A stretch of DNA of 64,000 nt, from contig NW_027192202.1 in NCBI RefSeq assembly GCF_041956535.1, positions 386,654 through 450,653 of the forward strand. Direction: 5' to 3'. Source of the DNA: Calcarisporiella thermophila CBS 279.70. Its lineage: Eukaryota > Fungi > Calcarisporiellomycota. A model generated the notes under the pieces. It ran no database searches. It was given only the letters and a program-made list of their open reading frames with translations, and had not been told where the DNA came from. Positions 26,387 through 44,100 of this stretch are shown piece after piece. A program made the position numbers and the translations under genes. Numbering within the stretch: position 1 is the stretch's first letter; every line of letters starts with the position of its first letter.

Positions 26387-27749
26387 ATGGCGGCCATCAA
26401 TCGGCAACTCGAAAAACTCAAGAAATCAGTGGAAAATGGGAATTATTATGAAGCCCATCAGATGTATCGGACTGTTTGCAATCGGTTAGCATTCATCATA
26501 AATCGCTATATAATTAACTTAAGAAATCGATGAATATGATCTTTATTTAACATCATATTCTTTCCATCTTTATTAGGTATGTCAAACAGTCCAAATATGC
26601 TGACGCCATTGAACTTCTTTTTTCTGGCTCAGTAACACTTTTGAAGCATGGTCAAAGTGGTAGCGGCGCAGACTTGGCACGTTACCTTGTTGAAGCTTAT
26701 ACAGGTGGTCAGATTGAAGTAAACAATGAATCGAGGAGTAAGAGTCCAGTTAAAGAAAAAGGAATTGCATATACTAATAATGTGATAAATTAGAACGCAT
26801 TTTTGAGATTTTGGAGATAATGCCATCTGAAGAACCAGGCCGTAAAATATTTATACAAGAAGCCATCGCGTAACTTTTCAGCATCAACTTTATATTACTT
26901 TACATTTTTTCTGACATATGTATTTCTCTATCTAATTTTGTTATTACTAGCTGGTCCGCAAAATTTGGGGAGAATCCTAACGGAGACTCAGAGTTCCATC
27001 ATTTCCTTGGGAACCTATTATGGAAAGGTGAGAAAATACATCAGAATACTTGAAAGAAGGATATATCAAATTTATTCTACTTGCTCCCAAAACTTAGAAA
27101 AGAATTTCCAAGAAGCGGAGAGGCACTTCCTGCTTGGCACAGACGAGAGTGGCAGATTGTTGGGTAGTCTATTATTCGAGTGGGCCGAATTCGATAACAA
27201 TATAGTACATGCCGCAAATTATCTTGCACCAGCAGTTTTGCAGTAAGTCAATACAATACAATAATTGCCTAATAATTTCCATGATTGTATATGTTTACCA
27301 TTTACAGGCAACTTTCCATTAAGAATATTCGCGATGCAATTATCACCTTTGATACCTTCATTGCCTCGTGGAAAACGAAAGACCCCAATGTAATGCAAGC
27401 TAAATCCGTTGATTATAAACCTGCACCCGTTGATCCTGCAACTAAAGTTCCACTCTACCGAGAACCTTTGCTCAATTTCCTGCAACTACTTCTCTTTACC
27501 GTTCAACGTGACGCTGCCGATATGTTCAAAACATTACGAAATGCATACCAACAAGTATTAAGTCAAGAGCAACTTTATTCACAACTTCTGGATCGAATTG
27601 GTGAAACGTTCTTTGGAATTCAACCTCCCAGAAATCAGAATTTGTTCCAGGATTTATTTAGCAGTTTACTAGGTGGAGGAGGAAATATAGGCTCAGGTGC
27701 AAGTGCAGCAAGGCCTAGTGGAGGAAGACCTGCAATGGAACTGGATTGA
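26387..27749 (+). CDS. GET4: Golgi-to-ER traffic protein 4, multi-exon
   Basis: GNYYEAHQMYRTVCNRY, GSGADL, EAERHFLLG, PLLNFLQLLL and LDRIGETFFGI. Confidence 0.93.
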
Positions 27750-28243
27750 TTTTAGTAGACTGTAATGGGATCGCATTTAACTTTATTAATATTATAAAAA
27801 TAAACACGAATTTCGACTTGAACATGATCACCTAAATGCTCTATTAAGCCTGACTTATTTCTAGGCACTGAACTTTTCTATCCAGTATCTTTCTCTTCTT
27901 TTACGTATATCCTTTATCGGGAAACTTGTTCGGCTAATTACGGGTGGAAAAGATTATATACACTACTTCGTCCAGTTCAGTATGGAGTATGGAGAGATGT
28001 ACAATAAGTATAAAATGAAATGCTTAGCAAAATATCTGATATCTACAGATTCCTAAACACTCCACTTTGCAAGTCTTAGTCACTGTGAAAATATTCTTGA
28101 GCTATGGAGCAGGCTGTAGCTACAATAACTAAATGTTAGGGTGGCCAATCAAATAGATAAGAACTAATATTGGCCTGTTACTATATAATTTAAAATTTTA
28201 TAGGACACGTAAATTTATTTTGTAACAGAATTAATAGTACCTA

Positions 28244-29701
28244 ATGGTATGCTAAGTACTCGTCTAACTCTCGATGGTACACAACATTAATGTATGTAGT
28301 TTAGCACGGTAGAGCTCGCATAAAAAGAACACCAGAGCAAGAACAGGCTAGGCGCGAGGAGGATGCGATTAAGATCAAATCTTATCGCAATCTTGTCGAT
28401 CAAGCCCTCCAACGTGTATGTCCATATTTGAATAACATTACTCTTTGATGATAAGATGGTATTGACTTTATCCTGAAATATAGTACCGATCCGAAGAGTA
28501 TGGTGATGATTCTTTGGCCCTCACCACCAAGATCCTTGGTCAGAATCCAGATTTTTATACGATATGGAATTTTAGGAGAATGATCCTTTGTGCAATTCTT
28601 GAGCAAGCGTGAGTTGAGATTATATCTATTCATTTCGATTAGATACGATTTAAGAGCGAATCTCCCTACTCTGTAACTGCAGAATACAAGAGGAGAAGCA
28701 AAAGACATTCGAGAGGGAGCTCACTTTCTTAGCTCAAATAATCCGACTTAACCCAAAATCATACTGGATATTTAACCATCGTCGATGGTGTCTTCAGAAT
28801 ATGCCAACTCCAGACTGGGATCGTGAACTTATCCTGGTTGGAAAAATGCTTGATCTGGATGCAAGAAATTGTAAGATGATGCCTATATAACGAAAGATTA
28901 ATGCAACTCACCCTTGTGAAATATATTTTAGTCCATGGTTGGGATTACAGACGATACATCATTCGGAATATGGAGTCTACTTCAACCTCTCAACCTGAAC
29001 TTTTACGCTCCGAGTTTGATTACACGACGCAGAAGTTGGGGCAAAATTTTTCGAATTATTCTGCCTGGCATAATCGCAGTCGCCTATTACCGCGTATTGT
29101 CGAAGGAAAGTCAGAGAAAGAGAGAAGGGAAGTTGCTGACAAAGAATTTCAAATGGTGGAAAATGCTTTTTGGACTGACCCTGCAGATCAGAGCGCATGG
29201 TTTTATCACCTTTGGCTGATTTGGAGCAACAAAGAGTCGGGTAATATAGTAAATTGATCTCTATATATGGCGCTTATTCTTAATATTTCTACTAGTAATT
29301 GCGCCTGACACAATGGATCAAAAGGATATTGAAAAATTCAATGTGCGCACCTCGACACTCAGTCCTTGGTATTCCATGGATCATCTCACGCTTATTGATC
29401 GTGAGATTGGTATGATACGTAGGTTACTCGAAGAACTCGATACGGATAACGATACGGATAGTCGATGTATAATTTTTTTTTATTATTTAATATATTGCTA
29501 TCATTAACTAATGGCATTTTCCTGACTTACCTAGGGCCATTGAAGGTTCTCGTAAATCTATTAGCACAACAGAAAATGCTGGATCACCAAGTAAACTCAG
29601 CAAGAGCTGAGGAAGCGCGAAAGATTTTAACCAAGTTGATGAAGCTAGATCAATATCGAAGACAATTGTATGAAGATATGACCAAAGAATGGCAAGAATA
29701 A
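28244..29701 (+). CDS. BET4: Rab geranylgeranyltransferase type II alpha subunit; first coding exon is ATG only
   Basis: Spliced M|HGRAR, NPDFYTIWNFRR, NPKSYWIFNHRRW, DARNFHGWDYRR, NFSNYSAWHNRS and TDPADQSAWFY (PPTA repeats). Confidence 0.92.
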
Positions 29702-30273
29702 ATTCTTTACAAATCATATCAATCAAGTAACCGTATTCTGAATAATTATTATAATCTATACTCTGTTTGTAAACTGGAGTGCAAATTGGAGGAGAGGTAT
29801 TTACGCCTACATTAGCTTAGAGCATTTCTTAAGTGATATAAACGTGTCCGAATTTATTTTAACAGATAAACTGGAATAATAAAACGGAGATTATTCAAAT
29901 AAACCCGAGGTAAACAGCAAGAAATTTTAACTTATAAGCTTTCTTCATATTACTGATACATTTATCAACTCTAATTTATAATATTGATGCTAGTACTTCT
30001 AGAGCTACCTGACACAAGTTAATATCTGTGAGTGGTATCTTTAGGCAAACAAAGAAAAAATGAATCTCCTTGTTTAGTAATAGTCTTTGAGTTTTAACTC
30101 AACATACTTTTCATGGTGATTTAGCATCGAAATAGTCGTAGCCTTTCCACTTTTATTATTCATTAATATACAATTGGCAAGAGGCAATAATGCATTGTAC
30201 CGGCTTGCTCAAACGATAAGCGTATTGGTATAGTAAAAGCTATTTACACAATAAATTATATTAGTAAAGCCGT

Positions 30274-30803
30274 TTATTTTTCGCTTGCACCAGGTTCGCC
30301 AGTTGAAACAGAGTTCTCTCTTGGGTAGAATCCAGAAAAAGTCGTGGCATACTCCGAAGGATTAGTTTCGTGAAGTCGGTTCTTCATCCGTAAACGACGA
30401 TTAGAAATCACTTCTTCAGTTGCTAAATAAATAATTGGCACTAAGTTAATAAGTAAGTGAGGTTGAATAAGGATTTATACATTTCCCAGCGCGTTCCACT
30501 TTAACTTCCTTATTCAATTCTGCTATGTGATGAAATTTGTCTTCGAGTAATTTTCCCGCATCTTTGGCGCTTTTATACGACAAGAAACCATAACCCAAAT
30601 AACGTTTCGTTTCTGGACACTATATAATTATCAAGAAAGTATTAGCGGAAAATAAATCTAAATAATAAGAAATATCTGCATACCCGTGTAAATTTATATT
30701 CAATTAAAGGCCCAAACTTTTCAAAATATGAAATAACAGAATGAGCATCGGATATTCTGTTAATACCATCCCAAACGCGAAAAAATATGCGAGGCGTTGT
30801 CAT
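30274..30803 (-). CDS. Small single-RRM RNA-binding protein (~135 aa), 3 exons; absent from the ORF track
   Basis: Spliced translation MTTPRIFFRV...YFEKFGPLIEYKFTR|CPETKRYLGYGFLSY...EVKVERA, with an RNP1-like LGYGFLSY. Two canonical GT-AG introns. Confidence 0.75.
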
Positions 30804-30895
30804 TCTATTGATGTTGAATGCACTTGATTTTATAAATACAAAAAGAGCGTGGTTATTATTCTGATTTTTTGACTGCTAATGTGACATTTGTTTAC

Positions 30896-30905
30896 AAAAT
30901 TTTCA
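30896..30905 (-). promoter_or_regulatory. RRPE-like element (TGAAAATTTT) upstream of ribosome-biogenesis gene UTP12
   Basis: AAAATTTTCA about 60 nt before ATG 30968. AT-rich motif, so a chance match is possible. Confidence 0.35.
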
Positions 30906-30967
30906 TACTCAGCTAGACTTCATTTTAAATTTTGAACATTGAAAGATTAAATGATTAACTGGGCAAA

Positions 30968-33900
30968 ATGGTGAAAGCTTATCTACGCTATGAGCAGCGA
31001 GCATCTTTTGGTGTCGTCACGAGTGGAAGATCCAATGTTGTGCATGATGCTAACGGAAGACTTGCGGTGGCACCTGCACTTGAAGATGTTGTTTTGTGGG
31101 ATTTAAAAAAGGGAACATTGGTAAGCTCTAAATACTCGAGAGCCAAAATAATTTTTTCTATTTGCTCAAAAGTTTTCTATTATAGATTGGCCGTTGGCAT
31201 GATGCCGATAATAAAGCAGAGGTTACATGTATTGCACGAAGTCCAAACAACAAAGATTATGCTGTTGGGTAAGCTCCAAAAATCATAAATTTAAATTTCG
31301 GTAGAATGCTGATCTAAAGTATTTGATATTTAGTTATTCAGATGGTGCAATTCGGCTATGGAATATAGATTCGGGAATATCCACAGTACTATTCAATGGT
31401 CATCGTGGAGCTGTGACCGCACTTGCATTTGATAAGCTGGGTGCGCGTTTGGCATCCGGTGCAACTGATACGGATTTGATTGTATGGGATGTTGTAGGGG
31501 AAGTTGGATTATACAGGTATAATTTATTTCGAAATGGAGTATATGTTGTATGGATAACCAATTTTTCGTAAAAAGGATGCGTGGTCATAAGGACCAAGTA
31601 ACCTGTATTCGTTTCCTCAATAATCCCCTCTCAATTGAAGAATTGAATGCCTCATCGTCCGAATATATACTTACTGCTTCCAAGGACACACTGCTTAAGT
31701 TATGGGATCTCTCCACCCAGCACTGTGTTGAGACTATTGTTGGTCATCGGAGTGAAGTATGGGCGTTTGATATTTCCCAAGATGGACGCAATATAGTAAG
31801 CGGTGGCGGTGACCATGAACTCTTTGTATGGCATTTGGATTGGGAGAGGGTGGAGAAAGTTAGCTCGAATGAAGAAACAAATGAGAAAGTTAGTACATTC
31901 GCCCTTTTTGTGGATAATTGTTTATAAAATTCACTGTCTTTTATTTTTTTAGTTGGAAAGATCATTCACGCTATATGGCCGGATCGAACGCCATAGTAAG
32001 GAGAGAGTCTCCGAAATACGCTTCCACTCTTCCCAGAAATTCCTAGGGGTGCAGGTTGCTGATAGATCAGTTGAAATTTTCCGGATACGCACTGAAGAGG
32101 AAATAAGGAAAAAGATGGCAAGGCGTAAAAAACGTCAACGTGAGAAGGCTCAGAAAAAAGGAAAATCTGACAAAGAAAAAGAAGAGGAGAATATGCAAGT
32201 GGATGGGGAAGAGGGCGATGAGAATATCGCAGCCTCGGATGAAATTGCACCATATCAAATTATAAGAACGCCCGCAAAGGTGCGGTCATTTGATTTTGCA
32301 CCCGTCCAGGAGGGAGAGAGGAGTGGATTTATTAAAGTTCTAGTTGCGCTTATGAACAACTCCTTAGAAGTTTATAATGTTGCTCTCCCACCCAAGAGTA
32401 AATCCGAAGAAATCCCAGACCCAAGCAAGATTTACTCTGTAGATTTACAGGGTCATCGTTCGGATATTCGAACAGTATCACTGAGTTCAGATGATGAGCT
32501 TCTTTGCACCGCTTCTAATGGTAATACTTTTACTTTTTCGATTTCTGATTTCCCAGGACATAGTGACTGATGTCTTCTCACCATTGGTTATCAAGGGCTG
32601 CTAAAAGTTTGGAATGTCAAAGCAAATACGTGTATTCGTACAATCGAATGTGGTTATGCTTTATGTAGTACATTTTTGCCAGGCAATCGACACGTATGTT
32701 AATACAGTATTAGTACATAGAGATAGCTTCTCATAGTATTTTTAATATTCTAACAGATCCTCATTGGCACCAAAAGCGGAGACCTCGAGCTATTTGATAT
32801 CGCCTCTTCGTCTCTAGTTGAGTCTATCCATGCACACGAAGGGGCTATTTGGTCAATGCAAGTTCGCCCCGACAAGCGTGGTTTGGTAACAGGAAGTGCA
32901 GATAAAGATGTAAAATTTTGGGACTTCAATATGATTGAGGAGAATGTCGAAAAAAACGCGGTAAGTAGCACACATTCGTTTAGTAGTCGAACAGAATGAT
33001 TAAATATTACCATAGGCTTCTAAGAAACGATTAACTCTGGTGCATATAAGAACGCTTAAAATGTCGGATGATGTGTTGTGCGTGCGCTATAGCCCAAATC
33101 AAGATTTAATCGCCGTCTCGTTGCTAGATTCGACTGTCAAGGTGTTTTACCATGACACATTGAAATTTTATTTGTCTCTCTATGGTCATAAGGTATAGCC
33201 TAAATATATTAAGTAACTGTGGTTTTTTGTATCGTATGCGCTAAGCTCATAATTCAATTTATTAGCTTCCCGTGCTCTCAATGGATATATCTTCTGATAA
33301 CGGTCTTCTTGTAACGTGCTCAGCAGATAAAAATGTCAAAATATGGGGGCTTGACTTCGGAGACTGCCATAAATCTATCTTTGCCCACCAGGAAAGCATA
33401 ATGTGTGTACAATTTGTATGGGGAACTCATTATTTCTTCACAGTCAGTAAAGATAGGACGATTAAGTATTGGGATGGAGACAAGGTAACTACATATAGTA
33501 TTAAGTCAATTCGGATGCCCTGTTTAACCCTTCCGCTGTGAATAAGTTTGAAAATATCATGAAGTTGGAAGGCCACCATGGTGAAATATGGGCATTAGCC
33601 GTTGGCAAACATGGAAATTTCATAGTATCGGCTTCACATGATCGATCAATTCGGATATGGGAGAGGACGGAAGAGCAGGTAATAGGAGTGATTCAAATAA
33701 TATTGAAAAGTACTCTTTTATACTAAACAATCCTTATAGCTTTTCCTCGAGGAAGAACGTGAAAAGGAGCTCGAAGAACTTTATGAATCTTCACTCGCTA
33801 ACACTTTGGAAAAGACTGGAATTGATGATACGGGTGAAGTTGGTGCAGCTGGAAAACGTACTATGGAAACTCTTAAAGCCGGTGAGCGGATCATTGAGTC

Positions 33901-34498
33901 GATCGAAGTTGCCGATGAAGAGCGAAATGAGTGGGAGGTCTATAATGAGCTTCGCGCAAAAGGCCAAAATCCTCCTCCGCCCCAAAGAAATCCAATCCTC
34001 TTGGCCATGGGTGATCTTACACCTGAACAGTATGTCTTACGTACTATCGAAAAAGTGCGATCAAGCGAATTGGAAGAGGCACTGCTGGTTCTGCCGTTTG
34101 ATAAAGTGATTTCGCTACTGGGCTATCTAAATGAATGGATACGTAGAGAGTGGAGTATACCACTTGCATGTAGAATTTTATTTTATTTATTACGAGTACA
34201 CCATCACCAAATTGTGGCAAATCGCGTGATGCGTCCTAGGTTGGATGCAATTCGGGGCCATCTACGCAGTGCATTACAGCGACAAAAGGTATACATTTTG
34301 CATCCACCATTATGGGCTGATTATTATTTTATTAACATCTTTTTATGATAAAAGGATGTAATTGGTTATAATTTAGCAGCGCTGAAATATATACGTGGGG
34401 AACTGGAAGCGCAAGGGACAGCAGAGTTCTTTGATGACAAAATGGTCGAGGAAACGATGACGAAAAAACGAAAATTCGTTACAATTACCGCTTCTTAA
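30968..34498 (+). CDS. UTP12: U3 snoRNP-associated WD40 protein Utp12/Dip2 (WDR3), multi-exon
   Basis: MVKAYLRYE, multiple WD40 repeats ([26 protein letters not shown]) and the C-terminal Utp12 domain ([21 protein letters not shown]). Confidence 0.95.
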
Positions 34499-34910
34499 TT
34501 GTTTATTAAATACTATTAAAATATATAGACTATCATGAATATGAGTCCAATTTTGTTCTCTTCTCTTCATTTTATTTCGCAAGGTTAAAAAATAAAAACT
34601 TTTTATTTCTCAATAATACTCTACTCAGTCTAAATATCGAAACCGGTGTTTATTGTTAAGATTTCCCGTTCACAAGAGGGTTTATGGAAGGGGTTATCTT
34701 TTTTAAACATGCGATTTCGATTGTTTAGCCTCAATTATCGGGAGCGCTCGGGGGAATATTCGGACGGACCAATAATTAGAAATGTAAACAAAAGAAAATC
34801 AGCTCAGGCAGAGCAATATAAAGGGATCTGACCCATTTTCACCTTTTTCACTCCTTTACACCTCCTCCTCTTCTCTATCCTCTTACTAATATCATCCCCA
34901 CTCCTACATT

Positions 34911-35910
34911 ATGTCTGGACAAAAAGACGCTAAGTCATTCGCCGTCGACTTCTTGATGGGTGGTGTTTCCGCCGCTGTCTCCAAGACCGCCGCTGCCCCC
35001 ATTGAGCGTGTTAAGCTCCTTATCCAGAACCAGGATGAGATGATTAAGCAGGGCCGTCTCTCGACCCCCTACAAAGGTATTGGTGAGTGCTTCTCCCGCA
35101 CCATCAAGGAGGAGGGTGTCTACTCGTTGTGGCGTGGAAATCTTGCCAACGTTATCCGTTACTTCCCTACCCAGGCCCTTAACTTCGCTTTCAAGGTAAA
35201 GTATTGATAATGTAAACAAACTCGTTTTATTATTCTCTGATGTTTATATGAACGCATACTAGGATCACTTCAAGCGCATGTTCGGTTACAAGAAGGATAA
35301 GGATGGTTACTGGAAGTGGTTCGCCGGTAACTTGGCCTCTGGTGGTGCTGCCGGTGCTGCCTCCCTCACCTTCGTCTACTCCCTCGACTACGCCCGTACC
35401 CGTCTTGCCAACGACGCCAAGTCTGCTAAGAAGGGTGGTGAGCGCCAGTTCAATGGTCTCATTGATGTCTACCGCAAGACCCTCAAGACCGATGGTATCC
35501 TTGGTCTCTACCGTGGATTCAACATCTCTTGCGTTGGTATCATCGTGTACCGCGGTCTCTACTTCGGTATGTACGACTCGCTCAAGCCTGTTTTGCTTGT
35601 CGGTGCTCTCCAGGACAACTTCCTTGCCTCCTTCCTCCTCGGCTGGGGTATCACTATTGGTGCTGGTCTTGCTTCTTACCCCATCGATACCGTCCGTCGT
35701 CGCATGATGATGACTTCCGGCGAGGCTGTCAAGTACAAGTCCTCCCTCCAGGCCTTCCAGCAAATTGTTGCTCAGGAGGGTACCAAGTCCCTCTTCAAGG
35801 GTGCCGGTGCCAACATTCTCCGCGCTATTGCTGGTGCTGGTGTGCTCGCTGGTTACGATCAGCTACAGATGATCTTCTTCGGCAAGAAGTTCTCTGGCGG
35901 CTCTGGTTAA
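34911..35910 (+). CDS. AAC: Mitochondrial ADP/ATP carrier, 2 exons (intron ~35196-35262)
   Basis: [25 protein letters not shown] and RRRMMM signature. Very strong high-expression codon bias. Confidence 0.98.
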
Positions 35911-36164
35911 ATGATCTTTACAAAATGATAACACATTGCTTTTTATCTTCAAGTTTTGTTAGACCTTTTTTTAGATTTATTTCCATGTATTTAAACGATT
36001 TTTTTAGACTTTCTCAAGGGTGCTTACTTTTGTGCAAAAATAATATTTATTGATCTAAAATTTAGAGAGTCTAAATCACTCTATTTCCAGAAATCGCTTC
36101 GATGTCAGAGCTGATAAAAGATTTGGATTATTTGGTGTTACCCTGTTGTTTGGCCGAGGTGTGC

Positions 36165-36172
36165 CAGTCACA
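36165..36172 (+). promoter_or_regulatory. HomolD-like box CAGTCACA upstream of RPP40
   Basis: Exact octamer about 55-65 nt before the start. Confidence 0.45.
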
Positions 36173-36238
36173 TATTTGAACCAGCTCCTTAAATCATTGT
36201 ATTATGACTGTATTTATTAATATTAAATGAGAAGAGAC

Positions 36239-37749
36239 ATGGAGCGTTATCCATCAGTTGATAAACCAAAATCCAAACTCTTTCTTCATCGCTCCAAGTT
36301 TGATTCTACAAATTCAACTTGTAATCATATTATAAAGGAACATCCTTTCAATTATGAGGTAACCTTTTTCTTTAACAATGTTGGCATGTGTATTTTAATG
36401 GTAATTTTGATAGCTTGAGGTTATTCTTCCAGCAGAACAGGAGCTACCTGTATGGGTAGCAGAAATTTTGGAACCTGTATTCTACTACAAAGTTAAAATG
36501 CCGCTTTCTCATTTGATTACAATGTCATTTAAAAATGATTATTTGCGAAGAGGTATATTTGCGTTTATTTGATAATTTATATCTGTTTACAAAGCCATAT
36601 ACATATACATCTTAGGTCATGTGTTTGCGCATAGTATTGGCGGTCGGATAGATATAGATGATATTGTTGTTTTGGATGGAGATGGTAAGATTATCTTGCT
36701 TCAAATGTTTTCAAATATTATACTAAGTCATTTGGAACTATTATTTTAGGTAAATTAACTCTTTCGTTGTCAAAGGACACGTACGAATCTCTTGGTTTAA
36801 CCGGAAAACCTTCGAAATTTGGACGTCAGAAGTTTGGTAAATTACTTGTATTAATGCTTTGATGCATTAACCATATGTTAATGTTTTTTATTTAATGAAG
36901 TTGTTATTATTGATTTACTTGAAAAATCCATGATTCCCGGGAAAAACGGGTATGAGAGGGTTCAGTGGTGTTTTGAGAACACGTTTACTCAAGAGCTAGA
37001 ATTTTACATAGCATTTGTCAACCCAGGTACTCTCTACTTCTTATTCATTAAGTTACAGACTAATTGAATTTATATCAAAACTATCTAGCTACCAGCAAAA
37101 CAGAAGAAATGCAATTTCCCTCTAACTTCAAATCGGAAAAAGTACAGCTAAATACAACGTATAGGACTCTAAATGACATATTTGTACCGGATATGAACTC
37201 ATTGCTTTTGACTTCGGAAGACGACAAAAGCTGGCGGCGAAATGCCATGGAAGCTTATGAATGGATGGCAATGGCGAGTCTTGGTTCTCCAAGGTGAATA
37301 TTACTTTATATACACTTCCAATTTTTACTGGATACTAATGCGAGCTTTATGCGTATATTAATAGGATTTGCCTAATTGATAAGGTCGATCCATTTGTATC
37401 CGTGTACCAACCCCCTTCTAATTCTACGCATCAAAATGTGACAAGCGTGCGGTGGAAAGGACTAATTCCTCCGCAAATTGTAGTTCAACTTTTAGACTCG
37501 TGTCGGTATGAATCTTTTCATCATTCTAGGTTAGAATACTTAATAATGGATTTTCCCCTTAGTCAATATATCCACACTCGACCATGGATTAGTATAAATA
37601 TTTGGGGTTTTAAAGATTCTCCTTTTTCATGGCGAGGGAGTGAGCATGGTTACCTAGTTAACGGTGAAAATAACTACAGTATTATGCTCCTTCCTCGAGA
37701 AGACTACGTTATATTTCAGCAATTAGGTGCATACGACACGTTTTCTTAA
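36239..37749 (+). CDS. RPP40: Ribonuclease P/MRP 40 kDa subunit (Rpp40), multi-exon
   Basis: HPFNYE, LSLSKDTYESLGLTGKPS, YEWM...GSPR and PWISINIWGFKDSPFSW..EHG...GENNY. An upstream in-frame ATG at 36227 is an alternative start. Confidence 0.85.
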
Positions 37750-37891
37750 AACTCAGAATTGAACTATATCAAATTTTGCATTTAATAAACAAATTCCGTT
37801 GTGGCACAGCGCTAATCAACTCGAAAACAAAATTTCATTTGTCTCTTATCATATACCGCTCCTTGTTCTTTACCGGAATATTTTAAGGCAG

Positions 37892-40933
<3,042 letters not shown>

Positions 40934-41025
40934 AAAATACAAAATATTTTTTGTTATAGTATGAATATGAATAGGCTGTGAAATAGAAAGTTAATAAATA
41001 TATTGGTCACGGTTAAGTGACTATT

Positions 41026-41033
41026 TGTGACTG
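41026..41033 (-). promoter_or_regulatory. HomolD-like box (TGTGACTG on +) upstream of RPC2
   Basis: Exact reverse-complement octamer about 95 nt before ATG 41128. Confidence 0.45.
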
Positions 41034-41127
41034 CACATTTCCCGTAAACATTTAGATCGAAAAACATCGCGTATTATTTTAAACTACTTCTCTAAATATT
41101 CCTTTCACGTCCGAACATAGTTTAGAT

Positions 41128-44100
41128 ATGGTACGAAAGGGAAAAGGAAAACTGAAACCTCACGAAGATGAGGATGCTGGTATGGAGGTGGAAAATGATT
41201 TCGGATCCCTGAAAGCACAGAATTTCGGCGGCAAAGGAATCACTGATCCAATTCCAACTGTTGAGGTATAATTGTCATCCAAATCTGTTGAATTCACTCG
41301 TTAGATCTTGTCTTCTAACTCCTATATAATTAGGATAAATGGAAGCTGCTTCCTTCTTTTTTGAAAGTCAAGGGATTGGTTAAACAGCATATCGATTCCT
41401 TTAATTATTTTGTCAATACCGATCTTACCAAGATTATAAAAGCCAATGAAAAGGTCACTTCAGATATCGATCCTCACTTTTATCTTAAGTATGTCTTCAA
41501 ACTTTGAGTAATTCTATGTAAATCTGCATTAAATTAACTGACTATCTGCCCTCTCAGATATACTGCCATTCGTGTCGGACAGCCAGAGCGTCCTGAAACG
41601 GATATGCCACATAGTATAATTACACCCCAAGAATGTCGCCTGCGTGACCTAACTTATTCAGCAACAATTTATGTCGATGTTGAATATGTTCGCGGAAGGC
41701 AGATTGTACGAAGAAAGGGTGTACCTATTGGCCGCCTTCCTATCATGTTACGCAGCTCGCACTGTGTGCTCACTAACAAAAGTGAAGCAGAGTTGGCAAG
41801 GATGTGTGAATGTCCTTTGGATCCAGGTAAACTTGTTTTTTATAATATTCATAATTTTATCTAACTTGGAGATTTTTTTAGGTGGCTATTTTGTTGTTAA
41901 AGGAACAGAAAAAGTTATTTTGATTCAAGAACAGTTATCCAAGAATCGTATTATTGTTGAACCTAGTAAAAAGAGCCAAATGGTGGCAATGGTTACAAGG
42001 TGATTTTATGTTTTTTTTAACTCAACATAGTAACTGCTAACCATCCCTATTTTATCATCGATTAGTTCCACACACGAACGAAAAAGTAACACTTATGTGA
42101 TAACGAAAAACGGCAAACTGTACTTGAAACACAACTCAATTTCTGAGGACATTCCTGTATCAATTGTAATGAAGGTATTTATGGTTTTAATTAACTAACT
42201 AATCGCATATTTAATAAAGCATATCATTATTTTTTAGGCTATGGGTATAATATCTGATAAGGAAATTGCTCAGCTTGTAGCTGGTAACGACCCAGATATT
42301 TTGGATTCATTTTCGGCCAGTATCGAAGAGGGTTCGCAACTTCGCATTTTTACACAACAGCAAGCATTAGATTATATTGGTAGTAAAGTCAAGGTTACTC
42401 GAAAAATTGCTTCGGTTAGGAGGCCAATGGTAAATATTTACTTAACGTCTCTACTCTTTTCATTGCTAACTATTTTATTATATTCGCATAGGCGGAAGAA
42501 GCACTAGAAATCCTTGCTACAGTTATTCTAGCTCATGTCCCAGTTAAGGATCTCAATTTCAGGCCAAAATGTGTTTATATTGCCATTATGACACGTCGAG
42601 TCTTGCTTGCATTGAAAAATGAGAAGCATGTGGATGATCGCGATTATGTTGGCAACAAGCGCTTGGAATTGTATGCATCTTCCGCTTTCTTTTATTCTAG
42701 TTCGTGTGTCTAATTTCTTCCTACTTATCTTAGGGCTGGCCAAATGTTATCGCTACTTTTTGAGGATTTGTTCAAAAAATTCAATTCCGATCTTAAGCTT
42801 AATATTGATAAAGTGCTGAAGAAGCCGAATCGAACTCAAGAATTTGACGTTTATAATCAATTAATTCTGCATGGTGATCATATCACTGGCGGTTTCGTGC
42901 GTGCCATTTCGACAGGCAAATGGTCATTAAAGCGATTCAAGATGGAGCGTGCTGGTGTCACCCATGTCCTTAGCCGATTGTGCTATATTAGCGCACTCGG
43001 TATGATGACCCGTATTTCTAGTCAGTTTGAAAAAACTCGAAAAGTGTCGGGTCCTCGTGCTTTGCAGGTATTTGTTCTTAAAACACTTTCATTCAATGCA
43101 CCATTTACAATGCTGGACATATTCTATAGCCATCACAATGGGGTGTCTTATGCCCTTCAGACACTCCTGAAGGTGAAGCATGTGGTCTCGTTAAAAATTT
43201 AGCTCTTATGACCCATATCACTACAGACGATGAAGAGGAGCCTATTACCCGTTTGGTATATACCTTGGGTGTTGAAGGTAGACTTCTCCTCTATCAACTG
43301 CTTTTTCACTCCTATATTTTACATTTTTTTTGGTTCAATTAGACGTAAACTTGCTATCAGGCTCGGAACTTTATAGTAACAATGCCTATGTTGTGTTTCT
43401 TAATGGACTTGTACTTGGTGTTTCACGAAAACCGTCCAAATTTGTGAAAGAATTCAGACGTCTTCGCCGCACAGGAAAAATATCATCGTTTGTCAGTATT
43501 TATGTCAACCACCATTTGAGAGCAGTTCAGATTGCATCCGACGGTGGACGAATTTGTCGCCCGCTTATTATTGTAGATAACATGCAACCTAGGGTAAAAA
43601 TCGAGCATATCAAGGCAAGTTTCATTATTATTGCAGGAAATTCACTAAATTATAGAAGCTTATTGAGAGGGTTGTTTTAGCAACTTAATGCCGGGAAGCT
43701 ATCTTTTGATGACTTTTTACGTTTGGGTCTTGTCGAATATCTCGACGTGAACGAGGAAAATGATTCCAACATTGCTATGTATGAGCGCGAAATTATCCCA
43801 GAGACGACTCATTTAGAAATCGAGCCTTTCACTGTTCTCGGTGCTGTTGCAGGTCTGATCCCGTATCCGCATCACAATCAGAGTCCTCGTAATACCTACC
43901 AATGCGCTATGGGTAAACAAGCTATTGGTGCTGTCGCGTACAATCAACTCAACAGAATCGACACCCTCCTTTATTTGATGGTATACCCGCAAAAACCTAT
44001 GGTGAAAACAAAGACAATCGAACTCATTGGCTATGACGAGGTAAGCACTAATTCTTTACAACATACAAACTTGGGTTTAATGTGATTAATGTGTTCCAAA

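Noticed and set aside
34935-36053. Long antisense and alternate-frame ORFs over AAC
   Set aside because: Expected by-product of extreme codon bias in a highly expressed gene, with no independent motifs.
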